The translations under genes and the position numbers were made by a program. From the human T2T-CHM13v2.0 reference genome, Homo sapiens, in the NCBI RefSeq assembly GCF_009914755.1, contig NC_060940.1: a stretch of 64,000 nt of DNA, one strand, 5' to 3'. Position 1 is the first letter of the stretch, and every line of letters begins with the position of its first letter. Below the pieces are notes generated by a model. The model saw only the letters and a list, made by a program, of their open reading frames with translations. It had not been told where the DNA came from and ran no database searches. Positions 39,749-53,158 of the stretch are shown here, in pieces.

Positions 39749-40264
39749 TCTCTCTCACACTCTTGGTCTCTCCGCTCATGCTCTCTCTCACACTCTTGCT
39801 CTAGCTCCCACTTTTTAATGCATGCAATTACATCAGTGTCATATGTACAGCCATTAGAAATCACAGTTAAACAGAGATGCATAACGTGGTAGAAAGACTA
39901 TATGACTTGAATCAGAAGAGTTGTCTCAAAGCTGCATCATTTATTTGCTGAGTGAATTAGATGAGGTCTTTCACTTCCTGGAGTCTGTTTTCTCTCCTGT
40001 AAAGTGGACTTGCTAGTACCTCCCGGGAAGGTTGTAAGGATCAAATAAGTCTGGAGATGAAAAAGGTCCCATGGTTTCTGGCTGGCCTGCCATTCTTCTA
40101 CTGATGATTCTGAAATTTCAAAGCTTGAGGTAGATGAAAGGAGCCATACCAGAGGAGGCCGAGGGATGTTGCATGTCTGCGGGGTGCCTTGGTGGCCACG
40201 GATTGTGTGACAAGACTGCAGTGGCTACAGATCCTGACGTACATATGGGGACATAAGACGTCAG

Positions 40265-40480
40265 CTAAACGAGTTAGCACATATTCAATGCTTGCTCTGT
40301 GCCAGACACTGTGACTCTTTTGGCAGGCTATAGCTAATTTAAATCTCACAACAAAGATACACGTTATTATTATTTTTCTCTTTGCAGAGGGGGTTACTGC
40401 ACACAAGGAGGTAAATAACTTGCCAAGAGTCACAGAGAAAATAAACTATGCAGTGAATCTCAGATTAAAACCCATATCAG
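40265..40480 (-). mobile_element. MIR SINE
   Basis: atattcaatgcttgctctgtgccagacactgtg...aatctcacaac...gaggtaaataacttgccaagagtcacag. Confidence 0.7.
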
Positions 40481-40529
40481 CCTGAATTTAGATCATCATT
40501 AGAAATATACCTAGTTTCCCCTTTACAGT

Positions 40530-41175
<646 letters not shown>

Positions 41176-42194
41176 CACTTGCTTGGACTCTGACATCCTG
41201 CCCCATACTACACAGCTGCCTTTGACATGGCACAGATGCCTACCTGACTCAGTCTCATCTGAATTATCTGAGAGGAAAAGAGAAGGAAGGAAAAGAGGAA
41301 GAAGAGGAGAATGCACAGAGTTTCAGTAGCTCTTACGACTGGAAAAAAAATTCTGGACAAACATTATCGCACGAAGGTCAGACAGGTCATGGTGTGTTAA
41401 AAATCACTATCCTATCACATTAAATACCTGTAAAGTGTAAGCTGGCTCAGTAGCAAGAATTGAGGCTAAAGAGGTAGGCTGGCCCCAATCTGTGAAGGAC
41501 AGTGAGTTTCTATCATGCAGAGAAGCTGTGTCTGCCGCATTAGATGCTCAGTAAATATTTAATGAATGAATTTTGAATGGATGTTATACATCAACAATTA
41601 TCAATAAGGACTGGCCTGGAGAGAGATATAGCCAGTGAGTCCTAGAAACACCATTTGGTTCCAGAGCAAATTTCCTCACCTTGGAAACAGGAAAACAAAT
41701 CATTAAGTTTTGCCCCCTACCTCCCGGGAATCATTCCTAATTCCTGCCATCTTTTAAGTTAGATGCTCACCAACATTTCTTCCTGCAATACCTTATGCAT
41801 ATTTGTGTCTCAACACTGAATCATTGAGGTTGGGATTAATTTCTTATAACAGGAAAATCCAAATAACTATAGCTTGAAAAAGACAGAAATTTATTCATTT
41901 CTCTTATAAAGAATACTACGAAACATTGTGACCTTCAGGATCCATGTCCTTCTAGGTTGCTACCCTCTAATTCTCGATATGTCACCTCGTAGTCCAATAT
42001 GGGCACTTGAGCTCCAGATATTTCTGGACAGTAACAAATTTATCCAGATATTTCTGGATTCCAGAAATCATTAAAAAGAAAAGGATAAAGAAAAGTGGGC
42101 TAATTCTCTATAAAACAATTATTTGAAATTAAAGATGAAACTAAGTTTTTTAAAAAATTAATTTAACTGCAAGTAGTTACACGACCCTACCTCA

Positions 42195-42585
42195 TGACTT
42201 AGTCTGCTCCTGCTGCTGTAACAAAATAACATAGACTGGGTGATTTATAAATAACAAAAATGTGTGTCTCACAGTTTTAGGGGCTGGGAGATACAAGATC
42301 AAGGTGTCAGCAGATTTGATGTCTGGAAAAGGCTTGCTGTCTGCTTCCAAGATGGTGCCTTGGTGGTGCATCATCTTGTGACCGAAGACATGGAAGGACA
42401 AAGAGGGCAGAAGGCATTAGAGCACTCCCTTCAACCTCTTTTGTAAGAGCAGCAATCTCATTCATAAGGGTGGATCCCCCAAGGCCGAATCACCTCCCCA
42501 GGGGCGCACATCTCAATAACATCACCTTGGAGGTTAAGTTCCAACATTTGAATTTTGGAGGGACACATGCATTGAAGCCATAGCA
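42195..42585 (-). mobile_element. MSTD/MLT1A-type MaLR solo LTR
   Basis: tgacttagtctgctcctgctgctgtaacaaaataacatagactggg...gaattttggagggacacatgcattgaagccatagca. Perfect 5-bp TSD CCTCA (42190-42194 and 42586-42590). May sit inside an older MLT1L-like LTR (~41825-42715). Confidence 0.88.
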
Positions 42586-43540
42586 CCTCACTACATAGAA
42601 GAGTAGAGAATGTCATTTGAACTTCTGGTTTCCACTAGCCTATATAAATATCAGGGATTCCTTTACTAAGGAAAAGAAGTGGAATGGATTTTGGGGTGCA
42701 AATAATAGTCTGTGCTGAAAACATTTATTTACATAGGTGTCAGCAGCATATGTTTATATATCTATCACTCCCAGGTTGGCTTGTTTATTAGCTCATGTAT
42801 TCATTTATAAATTTATTCATTTATACATTTATTCATTGAACAATCATGTATTCAGTATCAACTGTAACTTACAATTTTTTTGAAGTGTGGTGAGGAAGAC
42901 ACATTTCAGTATATTAAAGACAATATTAAGAGTTATTTCAATATATGGATAACTATAAATTTCCCCTGTATTCCCAGCACTTCCTTCAGTCTCTAACAGA
43001 GGGTAGGCATTACAAAGACTGTTGTTATTTAAATGATTAAATTCAAGAAAAGATTAGGAGCAACATAGAGTTCTCTACAAAACAATGTTCAAGAAGACTA
43101 TATATAGGTAAAAATAAGAAGCCATTGTCTGAAGGCAAGAGTGCCTGAGTTTAACTTCCACCTCTGTCACTTACTGGATGACCTTGAGAAATTATTTAAC
43201 TTTCCTTAGAATGGGAATAATAACAGTTATTCCTTATAGTGTTTCAAGGTGATGCGGCAGGTGCATAAAGAGTGAATGGTATTTTGCCTTTTTTTTTTTT
43301 TGGAAGGCAATCTGTTTATTGTCAGGATTTTGATAACTCATCACCAATCATTTGTGGTGCTATTTGTAAATGAAATGAAAAATCTCATTTTCTCTGTTCT
43401 CATTCTGGTTTTAGGTAACTTAGGTAAAAACGTATATATGAGCCAGTGATTTCACCAATAGTTAGTAGAGATGTTTGCAACAGCAAAACCTGCCCAGAGA
43501 TGGAGGATGGGCACACAGTGGGTTATTATGGGGATGTTAC

Positions 43541-43739
43541 ATTTATTTTTATTTTTTTTAAGATTAAAAAAACTCCCATAGCTTTTGGTGTACTAGTGAT
43601 TTTTGGTTACATGGATGAATTCTACGGCAGTGAACTGAGATTTTAATGCTCCCATCACCTGAGCAGTGTACACTGTACCCAATATGCAGTCTTTTATTCC
43701 CCTCTTCACCCCACAAGTTTCCAAAGTCTATTATCCCAC
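43541..43739 (-). mobile_element. L1PB-type 3' end fragment
   Basis: atagcttttggtgtactagtgatttttggttacatggatgaatt...cccatcacctgagcagtgtacactgtacccaat. Confidence 0.8.
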
Positions 43740-43928
43740 CAGAGGAGTGAAGGGCACATTATAAACATTCAATATGTTTCATGATTTTCTAGGATAAAGT
43801 ATTTTTCTTCCCCTTTCTTATACTACTCTTTCAAATCAAACTCAGGCTGATTCTATTGAGCCCAGCCTTAACCCTTTAGTGAGAAAATATCAAAACCATC
43901 TGTAGCCTAGTGGTAAAATATGTTTGCA

Positions 43929-44298
<370 letters not shown>

Positions 44299-45304
44299 CT
44301 ATGAAAAAGAGGCATCCTTTTCAAAGTCATGTTTTCTTGCTCACATTAAAGCTGCTCCCCAGCTTTAATTTAGCTCCCTAAATTAGGTTGTTTGTATCCT
44401 ATAATGAAAACAAAAACACTAAAAGAGTTTAGAGGGAAAGGGGAAATCTTGAAAACGATGATAGGGCAGTATATAATGGGATACGATGGGAGTTTTTATT
44501 TCACTTACGTTTGAAATCCAGAAACCCTAAGATCTTTCACGAAATCACATCCCCTCTTTTCTTCTCTTCTTTCTCTCTTAAATTAAAAGAATCTCTCTGT
44601 CACTATATCTCTTTCTTTTTCCTTGCTGTATTGTTTTGGAAAAAAAAAAGAAGAGGCAGTTGGCTCCTACAAAGCAGGGTTCCAAAAATAATTCATCACC
44701 TCAATAATGTTATTCTGCTAAAGAGCATCCAAGAAAGTAGGAAGAGAAATATACCTTGAAGTCTTAGGAAAAAAGAAAAGAACCAATGCGTGTTGGTCAC
44801 CTGCTGTTTGTCCTGACTGTTGCCAAATAGTGGATTGGAATGCTGGCTCTGTGTTTGAGATGCCAGCATTTAGACCTAAGTTCCGTTACTGAGTGACTTT
44901 GAGGAAGTTGCTTAATTTATCTGTCTCTTAGCTTCTTCAGCTGCAAAATGGGTTTAATATTTACCTAATTCTGAAATGTGACAGGCATGCAAAATAATCA
45001 TTCCCTGTCAGATACATAACTTGGGCTTAAAAAAAAATAGGTACTGTATTTAAATCCCATTTAGCAGGAGAGGGTAGTGGCTAGAAGAAATTCAAAGCCT
45101 CGGATATAAGTTGGGATTTGGATTTGAATAAAAGACTACAGAATTCCAGAGCCATCACCCTTAACCCTGAAGGCTTGGTTCTGCTCATTAAATTCATCTA
45201 AAAGACAAACAAACAAACAAAACCCACAAATACTTGGGCTCTATCTCCAGATATTTTCATTCAGTTGTCACTAGTTTCAAACTTTCGCAAATGATTTTAA
45301 AATG

Positions 45305-46055
45305 AGAAATGCAAATCAGAACCACAATGAGATACCATCTCACAACAGTTAGAATGGCGATTATTAAAAAGTCAGGAAACAACAGATTCTGGAGAGGATG
45401 TGGAGAAATAAGAATGCTTTTACACTGTTGGTGGGAGTGTAAATTAGTTCAACCATTGTGGAAGACAGTGTAGTGATTCCTCAAGGATCTAGAACCAGAA
45501 ATACTATTTGACCCAGCAATCCCATTACTGGGTATATACCCAAAGGATTATAAAGTGTCTACTATAAAGACACATGCACAGGTATGTTTATTGCAGCACT
45601 CAATAGCAAAGACTTGGAACCAACTCAAATGCCCATTAATGATAGACTGGATAGAGAAAATGTGGCACATATACACCATGGAATACTGTGCAGTCATAAC
45701 AAAGAATGAGTTCATGTCCTTTGCAGGGACATGGATGAAGCTGGAAACCATCATGCTCAGCAAACACACACAGGAACAGAAAACAAAACACCAGATGTTC
45801 TCACTCATAAGTGGGAGTTGAACAATGAGAACACATGGACACAAGGAGGTGAACATCACACACAGGGGCCTATAGGGGGGTGGGGGACTAGGGGAGGGAT
45901 AGCATTAGGAGAAATACCTAATGTAGGTGACAGGTTGATGTGTGCAGCAAACCACCATGGCATGTGTGTACCTGTGTATTAAACCTGCACTTTCTGCACA
46001 TGTATCCCAGAACTTAAAGTATATGTTTTTAAAAAGTACATATAATAGAGGAAAA
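45305..46055 (+). mobile_element. 5'-truncated L1PA7-like element (disrupted ORF2 C-terminus plus 3'UTR), inserted in a MER5-like relic
   Basis: agaaatgcaaatcagaaccacaatgagatacc...ggactaggggagggatagcattaggagaaatacctaatgtag...cagaacttaaagtata. ORF 45555-45821 contains KTWNQLKCP...[14 protein letters not shown]. Short TSD aaaatg. Confidence 0.93.
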
Positions 46056-46099
46056 AAATGCAGCCATATTTGAGAAGCATTGCACTTAAATCTAATTTT

Positions 46100-46275
46100 T
46101 AAAAGGTAGTGTGTATCCGAAATCACCCAGAGAGCTCGTTAAAGCACAAATTCGAGACCCAGCCCTCAGGGTATCTGATTCGGTAGGTCTTGAATGGAGT
46201 CTGAGCTTTTTGTTTGAACAATCGCACAAGTAATGCTGGTTTTTGGTCTGGGCACTCCTCTTTGAGAGCCACTGC
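46100..46275. mobile_element. MER5A DNA transposon relic
   Basis: aatcacccagagagctcgttaaagcacaaatt...tctgattcggtaggtct...tttgagagccactg. Confidence 0.7.
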
Positions 46276-46794
46276 TCTTGACACTTCTGCTTTCACTAAA
46301 ATGAATGCTTTTCCAGAAATGCTCTTTGATCCACCATACAATTAGGTCCCAGGTATGACTACTCCAGTGGTTCCCAGATAAGTCCAAGTAGACAGAAATA
46401 AAACCAGTGTCAAGTAGCTGGACTTTTTCTTCATTATGTCTCATCTACCCGCCTGCAAAACTCAGTGCTTTGTAAAAATAATTCGGTTAAGCAATTACAT
46501 TTTGGGCATACTTATTTCTGAGCACTAGTGAACTATTTTGTATTGGTTGGTGAGGTCCTTGGGATATTGTCAGAGTCAAATTATTCACAACAGCGCTTCT
46601 ATTTGTGTCATGAACAACACTCACAGGGATTTGTCTAGTGGTGGTCATTTGACTGACACTAAGACATCCAGTGGAGAGCTTGGGCAGAGAAGTTTCCTCA
46701 GGATAGATCGTTCCCTACTTGGAGGACTATAATTCTGATGCAAATACGAAGCTATCACTGCAAGTGCTCTCTGGAACAAATAAACAAGTCCATC

Positions 46795-47522
46795 AAAAAC
46801 ACCTTTGCAAAAATTATAACTGAGGAAATGATGACATTGAAAGAGATCAGACCTAACCGGCTCCATCTTGCTTCTAACCTTTAAGCTGTCTTTGTTCATT
46901 CTGGGACATAGGCGGAACTAACCTTGGGAAGCAATTTAGTTTATGATTTGACTGAAACAAAATTGATAATAGCCCTCTCTCAAAAAGACCCATTTCTTGC
47001 CTGGGGACTAGTCTGCCTTTGTAGGTCTAACAAATTAGCGACAACATCAGATATTACAGTTTAGGGGTCATGCAGCCTCTGGCTGCAAGAGTCTGAAGCT
47101 CCCTAAATTGCTCCTGGGGATAATATCACTATTGTAAAACCTAAGATCAGTGCTTGAAATATTTTGTAGAACCTGCACTCAATGGATCAGCTGACACCAC
47201 CCAGACTGGTAATCTGGCCAACCAGTTCTGCAATTCCACCCAGGAACAAAGACAGCAAGAAAACTTCACTTCAACTTCCCTATGCTTCCATTGTCAACAT
47301 GAACTATCAGCACTTCCCACTTCCCAGGCTTCTATCCACTAAATTATCTTTAAAAACTCCTATCCCCAAATGCTCAGAGAGACTGATTTGAGTAATAATA
47401 AAACTCTGGTCTCCCATGCAGCCGGCTCTGTGTGGATTACTCTTTCTCCACTGCAATTCCTCTTTCTTCATAAATCGTCTCTGTCTAGGCAGCAGCCAAG
47501 GTGAACCCGCTGAGTGGTTACA
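46795..47522 (+). mobile_element. LTR8A/LTR8B-family ERV1 solo LTR
   Basis: acctttgcaaaaattataactgaggaaa...ctccatcttgcttctaacctttaagctg...aataaaactctggtctccc...gaacccgctgagtggttaca. 4-bp TSD CATC (46791-46794 and 47523-47526). Confidence 0.88.
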
Positions 47523-47784
47523 CATCATAAAGTTCTCAAGAAGTGGTCAAGAATTTTGCATTTGACTGAAATGACTTAGAAATCAATATAATTAAGTCAT
47601 ACTGAGATAGGTACTTGTACTTACCCAATTTCAAAAATTCAGAATTATCTCCAGGCTTTAGATAGATGAATTTTAACTTTCTGCCATTGGTAGTGGCCAT
47701 GATATAAATATATGTAGATATTCCATATGAAAAAATGTAAGGAGGTGATGTACACTTAAGATTAATGCCAAGTATCCTTGCAAA

Positions 47785-47985
47785 ATTGAATTTTAACTCT
47801 GTCTCTTCCACCTAACAGCACTGTGAAACTGGACAAGTCATGACACCTCTCCAAAGTCCTATTTCTGATCACAAAGTGATGATAATGATAATTAACTTAC
47901 AGAACTGTTGCAAGGATTCAGAGAGATAACATAAAATGAGCACTTAATATGTAGTATGTTGTACATAATATTTAATACTATTTAT
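47785..47985 (+). mobile_element. MIR SINE
   Basis: ctgtgaaactggacaagtcatgacacctctc...acagaactgttgcaaggattcagagagataac...gagcactta. Confidence 0.65.
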
Positions 47986-48818
47986 TGACCATTTATTGTT
48001 ATAGATATTATATACATAAGCAAGTAATCTTTGTTTTATACACAAAATGTAATACAGAAAATATTTGCTAATACATTAAGCCAATATGTAAGGGGGTGCT
48101 TTTAAATATTGTGGTTTTATCTCTAGTTATTGAGTTTTTATTGAGCAAAATAGCTTTCATCTTAAGCACAGGGGTGGGGAGTGTTGTGCATTGATTTAGT
48201 CAATAAGAGGCACAAAGTGAGCAAGTCAGAGGACAGTGGTACAGAGATGGAGTTGTCAGAAACCACTCTTGTTCTGAGAGACTCATTTTTCTAATGTGAT
48301 AATTGCTATTTATTTTATAGGCTTGCACATGACATATCTCCACTGAAACTGCTTCTAATTCTGCTTTTATTATTAACCTCACTTTTCAATTCTTTGTCGA
48401 CCTTGGGCAAGACTATTTTCCTCTTCATAGCATCAATAGAAAAGCTAGTTCAAGTTTGCTTTAAAAGAAATTAATCTCAAAGCTATTTCAACATTTTAAA
48501 AGGACCTTGTATGAGAATGTTAATAGCTGCTATTAGGCTTGGAATCAGTCCTTCCCTAAGAGGGAAACAAAAGTGCAGGTTTAGTGTCATTTGATCGGAG
48601 AAACTAATAGGATGGCTATAAAATGTTGCTATAGAGTGGCTTTGTGCAGTAGAAAGATCTGACAGAGAGCAGCATGCCCAGCTATCACATTTTTTTAGCT
48701 GTGTGAACTTAGACAAATTTCTAAACCTCTCTGTATCTCTTTTCTTCATCTGCAAAATGTAACTACATTTCACTCTTTTATGTCAGTTTCCTGAACCTAT
48801 TCTCTGAAGCATATGCGA

Positions 48819-48935
48819 GAAAGGAAGGAAGGAAGGAAGGAAGGAAGGAAGGAAGGAAGGAAGGAAGGAAGGAAGCCAGGGAGGGAGGAAGGGAGGAAGG
48901 GAGGGAAGGAGGGAAAAAGAGAGGAAGGGAAAGAT
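48819..48935 (+). repeat. (GGAA)13 microsatellite with GA-rich extension
   Basis: 13 perfect GGAA units at 48823-48874, followed by GGGA/GGAA variants. Confidence 0.97.
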
Positions 48936-50506
48936 TGACAAAAGATAGAGAGACCGAGACAGAGAGAATGAATAATGGCATACGTAATGTGATAAGGATG
49001 CATATTATGCAGAGACAAAAACAAACTATGTTAAATTAGAACTTATTAGCAATATCCAGGACTCTTCATCACAACACCCTTGACTTGTATTCAAGTTTCA
49101 CGTTTTGGGCTCCCAAATACACATGTCTTTTCAAGTTTTTTCTGGAGATAGGCATAGAAGAAGGAAAGAGAACATTGATTGAGCGCCTGCAATGTTCAAA
49201 GCATGAAGTACAGTTAAATTTAACCATCACAACAATCTTAGGAAGGGCCTTTTCAGTCGCCAGTGTTGCAAAGTGGAAGTCAAGGTTAGCAGAGTTGACG
49301 TGAAGTACCTGGGGTTACAGAATGGGTAAAAGAGAAATCCATGATTGTAAACCAATTTGGCTTCTAAGACTGCATAGGAACTACTATAGGATTTTGTGCT
49401 GTATTTCCCAAGAGTCCAGAATATTAAAAAATAATTCAACACACCATGACAATAGGTCATCTCAAAATCCCGTAATAATGTGTACTAGACAAGAGTGTAG
49501 AAATTGTTTTAAAGTGTCTTTTGAAGGAAATCCTCCTCATGCTCACTCAGGCTTCTTTCAGATGGAACCACTTGCAGAAAGTTTACAGATCAAGTGACAT
49601 TCTAGGCAATTAAGGCCTCATACAGCCTAGGAATGATGCAGTAGTTTTCAAAAATAATTTCCACTGTGGCAGAAATGCAAATTGATTGAAGTTACAATGT
49701 CACTCAAAAACCTTGCTAGTCTTTCTAAGAATGACATTAAGCAGTGTGACAGACAATTGACGAGGACAGACATTTCAATGGAGGTTGACGGAGGGACGGT
49801 GATGCTTCAAGAAGAGAAAAAGTGATCTGGTGAGAAATATGCATAATGAATGATTGTTTTCTTTCCATTCTTTTCCTTTCTGTATTTTTAAATATAGGTG
49901 TCAATATATTCTTTTCTAATTTTTTTAAAATACAAAAACCTGCTTTTATATTTATCTTTTAGGAACTCAAATAGTAATTACTGGGCTTTGCATTTAAGCA
50001 AAAACACCTTAATTAAATAAAACAGAGCTTATAAAATAGAACATATGGTGCCATCTGCAGAATAGTGCTTAGAATTTGGGGAAAATGTGGAGATGACTGC
50101 ATTTTTTGCATCTACAACATGCTCAAAATAAGGAGCTTAGAGTTGTTTTTTTCTTGAACGCTCTGAAGTTGGAAAATTTCTGACTGGCTTCTCATTATAA
50201 AACCAAATGAGCATGGATAAGGTTGTGACCACATACTACTAGAACCTGAGGCCTAGAAAGAAAATTCTAATGGTAAATTTTATAAACAAGAAACCTGGGG
50301 CACAGGTGGGCAAAGAGGGTTACCATCTTTCTTTAATGAGCACATGTCAGAACTTGGACTGAAATTCAAACCTTGCTCATTCTGCTCCACATCACTGCTA
50401 CTCATTCAAGAGACTGCTTTCCAGTAGAGATGCAAAGTTCTTCTGATCAGTTTCTGAACTCCACTCTGGAGAAAGAGCAGTCGTTTAAATTACTATAATA
50501 CATGTA

Positions 50507-51296
50507 GACATTTATGCAGCCAAAAAACACATGAAAAAATGCTCATCATCACTGGCCATCAGAGAAATGCAAATCAAAACCACAATGAGATGCCATCTCA
50601 CACCAGTTAGAATGGCAATCATTAAAAAGTCAGGAAACAACAGGTGCTGGAGAGGATGTGGAGAAATAGGAACACTTTTACACTGTTGGTGGGACTGTAA
50701 ACTAGTTCAACCATTGTGGAAGTCAGTGTGGCGATTCCTCAGGGATCTAGAACTAGAAATACCATTTGACCCAGCCATCCCATTGCTGGGTACATACCCA
50801 AAGGACTATAAATCATGCTGCTATAAAGACACATGCACACGTATGTTTGTTGCAGCATTATTCACAATAGCAAAGACTTGGAACCAACCCAAATGTCCAA
50901 CAATGATAGACTGGATTAAGAAAATGTGGCACATATACACCATGGAATACTATGCAGCCATAAAAAATGATGAGTTCATGTCCTTTGTAGGGACATGGAT
51001 GAAATTGGAAATCATCATTCTCAGTAAACTATTGCAAGAACAAAAAACCAAACACCGCATATTCTCACTTGTAGGTGGGAATTGAACAATGAGATCACTT
51101 GGACACAGGAAGGGGCATATCACACTCTGGGGACTGTGGTGGGGTGGGGGGAGGGGGAGGGATAGCACTGGGAGATATACCTAATGCTAGATGACGAGTT
51201 AGTGGGTGCAGCGCATCAGCATGGCACATGTATACATATGTAACTAACCTGCACAATGTGCACATGTACCCTAAAACTTAAAGTATAATAAAAAAA
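50507..51296 (+). mobile_element. 5'-truncated young L1 (L1PA2-like)
   Basis: 3'UTR reads gagatcac...cactctggggactgtggtgggg...gatgacgagttagtgggtgcagcgc...cacaatgtgcac (GAG at the L1HS-Ta ACA site). Perfect 10-bp TSD AATACATGTA (50497-50506 and 51297-51306). Confidence 0.95.
50531..51085 (+). pseudogene. C-terminal ~184 aa of LINE-1 ORF2p (cysteine-rich CCHC region), truncated retrotransposon remnant
   Basis: [18 protein letters not shown]...[18 protein letters not shown]...[17 protein letters not shown]...[10 protein letters not shown] matches the L1 ORF2p end. No EN or RT domain and no promoter. Confidence 0.92.
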
Positions 51297-52514
51297 AATA
51301 CATGTAATTCAATTGATTCCATTGTGATACATTGAATCCACTTCACTTCAATACAGCTGATGTTTGTTGCCCACTCACGATGCGCCAATAAATTTCCTGG
51401 GATACATAGAGGAAAATAAGTTAAACTCCTGCCTGTATCAGAGTTTCTTATCTAAACAATGCACGCTGTTGTTTTATAATTATGTCTTCTAGAAACTTGG
51501 CTGTTATAATTAGTTTTAAAAAATGTACTATGACAAAAATAAAGTGCTTAAAAGCCAGCAAATGTTCAGCAACAGGATTTCTGTTCTATATACTACAGCA
51601 AATTGTACATCAAGAAGTGGTCAAACAAGAGAGTGTCTCCTTCACCTCTACATCTGATAATCTATTCTGAAGAGAGAATCTATAAGCTACGAACTTATGA
51701 ATCTTACAAGATGATTCATTTTCCTTCCTCTCTTATGAAGACCTGGTTGGGAAATCAGGAGAAGCACAGAGAATCCTGCTCCCCCTTCAGAGGTACTCAA
51801 GAAAATGTCAGTATTGCAGTGTAAAATAAGATCCAGGCAACAAATAGGTTTTCAAAATATAGGGTCTTGATATTCAATAGTGAGAATAAGAAGGAAGTAA
51901 GGAAGTTGCATGGAAAAGCTTTCAAACTTTTACCTTGGACATGTATTCCCCTGATTAATAAGAAACAAGAGGGAGGAATGTTAGTGTTCATGGAAGATTT
52001 TCTTTCCTTGCTGTCCAACACCATTTTGATTGAGAGTATGAAGAAGATCTTTAGTCTTCAATAAAATCACACAAGAAAAATTACATGCTAATATGAGCTC
52101 GGGTTTTGGCTACTTTTTGCCGCCTACCTCACAACCTTGTGAGGTGGAGTACTTAATAAAAGTGGGCTTTGAAGTTAGATGTCAGGGTCCCAATCCCAGG
52201 TTTCCTTGTTAACAGCTGTGTGTCCCTGGAAAAGTCATTTCTATGGATCTCTTTCATTAGTAGGCAAATAGTAGATAATGCTTCTTAGAGTGCCCATATT
52301 TTTTGACTCATAAGAAAAGAAATGCAGTCTGGGAACAATGCAAATGACTGAAATTAAGGCTATTTTAGAAAATCTAAAAAGATAATTATATACATATTAT
52401 ATATTGCTCTAATATTTGTGAACATGGTAATCATATAGTTATTTATAAAAATATGAACAGTCTGTGATTGGTAAAGAAACAGAAATCATAAAGTACTTTG
52501 CCCAAGATCAGAGT

Positions 52515-52765
52515 TAAAAGCATAATTTCCAGAGCAGGAGTCTAAATCTTGGCCCCATTATTTGCAAACCATGTGGCCTTGGAGGACTTATCACATCTTA
52601 GGCTCAGTATATACATATATAAAAAATATATATACATATATATAAAATTTATTTATAGAAAATATGTATAGTGTTTACATCTACTTTATAAGGTTATTGT
52701 GAATGTTGAGAAAAAATACAAATGCATTAAGCATAATGCCTGGCACATAGTGATTAATAAGACTT
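52515..52765 (+). mobile_element. MIR with internal TA-rich expansion
   Basis: catgtggccttggaggacttatcacatcttaggctcagt...ataaggttattgtgaatg...gcataatgcctggcacatagt. Confidence 0.65.
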
Positions 52766-52874
52766 ATTATTATTATTATTACCAATCTTTGCTCATATCC
52801 CAAAGTATAGTAATCAGTGATTTACTGGTGCTCATCAAGTTTGCTGTCTTTTAGGGAAAGTATTATTATCATTA

Positions 52875-53158
52875 TTTTCAATTTTTTAAATTTTGGATTC
52901 AAGGGATACATATTCAGGTTTGTTACATAGATACATTGCTTATGTAATAGTGGGATTTGAGGTTCTAGTGTACACATTGCCCAAATAGTGACCATTGTAC
53001 CAAATAAGTAATTTGTCAGCCTTCACCCCATTCCCAACCTCCCCCTTTTGGAGTCTCCAGCATCTATTTTCCCCATCTTTATGTCCATGTGTACCCATTG
53101 GCTCCCACATATAAGTGAGAACGTGAGTATTTGATTTTATTTCTGCGTTGCTTCACTT
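52875..53158 (-). mobile_element. L1PB4/L1PA16-type 3' end fragment
   Basis: ggatacatattcaggtttgttacatag...cccaaatagtgaccattgtacc...gctcccacatataagtgagaac. Confidence 0.8.

Noticed and set aside
45548-45982. ORFs with L1 ORF2-like peptide
   Set aside because: Frameshifted fragment of a truncated L1PA7-like copy and its antisense frames; not a functional CDS.
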